DNA of 34,802 nucleotides from Blastocatellia bacterium (GTDB lineage: Bacteria; Acidobacteriota; Blastocatellia; Chloracidobacteriales; JADJPF01), in contig JAHFUF010000003.1 in assembly GCA_023265235.1 (NCBI GenBank), positions 1-34,802 of the forward strand. The letters are read 5' to 3'. Under the pieces are notes generated by a model, which saw only the letters and a list, made by a program, of their open reading frames with translations, was not told the DNA's origin and did no database searches. Each line of letters begins with the position of its first letter. Position 1 is the first letter of the stretch. Positions 32,984-34,802 of the stretch are shown here, one piece after another. The position numbers and the translations under genes were made by a program.

Positions 32984-33364
32984 TTACTTTTGTATATGTA
33001 TATTTTCAATTTCAACTCGGCGTTCTGGAGTAGGAAAAGATATCTGAAAATTAAGTTCAGCGATTTTAGATATATTTTGGGGAACTCCACGAAATGTAAC
33101 AACAAGCTCTAGTGTTTTACCTCTAAGAATTTCTACACCGGAATATAAATCATAATTAATATGTTCTCCTAGTTTTAAGAAAGCTTGTTTGACTTGGCTT
33201 CCATCATCAAGTATTGCATAAGCATCTCCACCATTTTTCATACTAATAGCTCGATTTGTCCCATTATTTGTGATCGATAGCTTACAAGTTAATTCACCTC
33301 CCGATAAAACGCAGGACTTAGTTTGTATTAAGTAGTCATCAATTATAACAGTGTTTTGCTTCAA
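32984..33364 (-). CDS. hypothetical beta-rich protein, possibly the 3' remnant of a gene interrupted by the IS element
   Basis: The only start candidate is a TTG 0-2 nt from the predicted IS end. The frame stays open upstream into the IS terminus until a stop at 33407-33409, with no canonical ATG/GTG/TTG start codon in between. There is no signal peptide and no recognised motif. Confidence 0.4.
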   Translation of the reverse strand: MKQNTVIIDDYLIQTKSCVLSGGELTCKLSITNNGTNRAISMKNGGDAYAILDDGSQVKQAFLKLGEHINYDLYSGVEILRGKTLELVVTFRGVPQNISKIAELNFQISFPTPERRVEIENIHIQK

Positions 33365-33426
33365 GTGAAAATGGACAGAAAGGTAGCTGGAATGGACAAT
33401 AACAACTTAAAGAAAGGAAACTAACC

Positions 33427-33777
33427 ATGTCAGAAAAAACTAAAAGAAAATATACACCAGCCGAGAAAGTATCCCTATTAAGAAAACATTTGATAGAAAA
33501 AGAAGCAATCTCAAAAATCTGTGAAGAAAATCGATTACAACCAAAGTTATTTTATAGATGGCAGCAAGAATTTTTTGAGAGAGGGCGAGTAGTATTTGAG
33601 CCGAAAGTTAGTTCAAATAATCAAGCTCATATTGGCAAAGATAAAGATAAAGATAAAGATAAAGATAAAGATGAGAAAATTAAAAATCTAGAGGAAAAAC
33701 TAGTACGTAAAAACGAAGTAGTATCAGAATTGATGGAGGAGTTAATTAAAGTAAAAAAAGAAGTTGGGGTACTCTAA
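33427..33777 (+). CDS. IS3-family transposase OrfA (HTH_Tnp_1-like)
   Basis: KYTPAEKVSLLRKHLIEKEAISKICEENRLQPKLFYRWQQEFFERG, with a leucine-zipper-like C-terminus. It contains a (KD)6 tract encoded by the hexanucleotide repeat. Confidence 0.85.
   Translation: MSEKTKRKYTPAEKVSLLRKHLIEKEAISKICEENRLQPKLFYRWQQEFFERGRVVFEPKVSSNNQAHIGKDKDKDKDKDKDEKIKNLEEKLVRKNEVVSELMEELIKVKKEVGVL
33637..33672 (+). repeat. perfect hexanucleotide microsatellite (AAAGAT)x6 inside orfA
   Basis: aaagat is read six times consecutively, encoding KDKDKDKDKDKD. It is in frame, because the unit is a multiple of 3. Confidence 0.9.
33753..33760 (+). promoter_or_regulatory. candidate programmed -1 ribosomal frameshift site, A AAA AAG
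   Basis: Seven A then G near the orfA 3' end. The -1 frame is open from here (K K R S W G T L I K K W I S R K L R D E...) into orfB. This arrangement is classical for IS3 family OrfAB. Confidence 0.6.
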
Positions 33778-34725
33778 TAAAAAAGTGGATAAGTAGAAAA
33801 TTGAGAGACGAAATCATCAAATTTATTTTCTACTGGTCACAGCGAGCAGAGTTGCCCCTAAAAAAGTTAGTATTATGGATAGGAATAAAGAGAAGCAAGT
33901 TTAGTAACTGGAAAAGGAGAGAGGGTAAAGAAAATAGCCATAATAGTAAGCAGCCAAAAGAGGGATGGTTGCTAGAGTGGGAAAAAAAAGCAATCATCAA
34001 ATTTTATTTAGAAAATAAAGAAGAAGGATATAGACGAGTAACTTATATGATGATAGATGCAAATATAGTAGCAGTTAGCCCAAGTTCGGTTTATCGAGTT
34101 CTAAAATCTGCTAATTTATTAAAAAGTTGGGCTAGAAAGACCAGCAAAAAAGGAACTGGCTTTGAACAACCAACTTTTTCTCATCAGCATTGGCATATAG
34201 ATATAGCTTACATCAGAATTTGCTCAACTTTTTTACTTGTGTTCTGTTTTGGATGGATGGAGTCGCTATATTGTTCATTGGGAGCTTAAAGAACATATAA
34301 CTGAAGTCGATTTAGAAATAATTCTTCAAAAAGCCCGTGAACTTTTTCCAAAAACTTCTCCTAGAATTATTTCTGACAATGGACCTCAATTTATTGCCAG
34401 AGATTTTAAGGAGTTTATCAATGTTATGGAAATGACTCATGTTCGTACTTCTCCTTATTATCCTCAAAGTAATGGGAAAATTGAGCGTTTTCACCGTTCC
34501 TTAAAATCTGAGTGCATTCGCCCTAACTGTCCTCTTTCTTTAGATGATGCTCTGAGGTTGCTTTCTCATTATGTTCATTATTATAATTGTGAACGTTTAC
34601 ACTCTGCTATTTCTTACCTTTCTCCTTTTGATAAATTGCAGGGTAAATCTGAAACTATTTTTGCCGAGCGCAAAGATAAACTTCTTTTGGCTCGTAATCT
34701 TAGATCTTCTAAAATTTCTGCTTAA
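33753..34725 (+). pseudogene. IS3-family transposase OrfB (DDE/rve core), frame broken in a T6 run
   Basis: DDE contexts are HWHIDIAYI, IISDNGPQFIA and YYPQSNGKIERFHRSLKSE. The two track ORFs (33801-34289, 34237-34725) join into ...AYIRICSTFYLCSVLDGWSRYIVHWEL... if one T is removed from tttttt at 34229-34234. Confidence 0.75.
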
Positions 34726-34802
34726 TGCTTTTGCTTAAGCTAACTTTTTAACTTTGTCTTTTGTTCGCTACCCCAGGTACATTTTCCACTGAACCAAAAC
34801 AA

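Larger units (their letters stand above)
33364..34790 (+). mobile_element. IS3-family insertion sequence (orfA/orfB, orfB disrupted)
   Basis: orfA is an HTH protein, and orfB is a DDE integrase-core protein in the -1 frame with an A7G slippery motif. Imperfect terminal inverted repeats: left (a)gTGAAAATGGAC, right reverse complement (ca)gTGGAAAATGTAC. The ends are uncertain by about 5 nt, and I could identify no target-site duplication. Confidence 0.75.

Overview
This is an AT-rich (roughly one-third G+C by eye) bacterial accessory region of 34.8 kb. All domain calls come from motifs read in the translated ORFs; no searches were run.

Layout, left to right:
- (1) A small module with a mobile or defence flavour: a PD-(D/E)XK nuclease candidate and a two-domain N6/N4 DNA methyltransferase separated by a ~490-bp structured spacer, then an ExeA/AAA_22-like ATPase and a protein built on a reiterated GC-rich 13-mer (VDGHQ repeats).
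- (2) A ~27-kb island (about 5.7-32.9 kb) with eight paralogous exported caspase-like (peptidase C14) proteins, all with intact His/Cys dyads. It also holds six DUF4384-like modules, a trypsin-like serine protease, a Ser/Thr kinase, a pseudokinase with two FGE/C-type-lectin-like domains either side of one TM helix, and an ECF-sigma gene next to an anti-sigma-like gene.
- (3) An IS3-family element at the right edge.

The key feature is a complete diversity-generating retroelement (DGR). It comprises Avd (11283-11636), a reverse transcriptase (11633-12715) and a template repeat (about 12765-12897). Three variable repeats form the last ~133 nt of three caspase-FGE genes (VR1 11050-11182, VR2 14943-15075, VR3 29218-29353).
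- VR1 and VR2 differ from the TR at 15 and 16 positions, every one a TR adenine.
- VR3 lies 16 kb away, has one extra codon and one non-adenine mismatch.

My interpretation, which is inference: this is a hypervariable, exported receptor-caspase sensing system coupled to kinase and sigma-factor signalling. I saw no rRNA, tRNA or CRISPR array.
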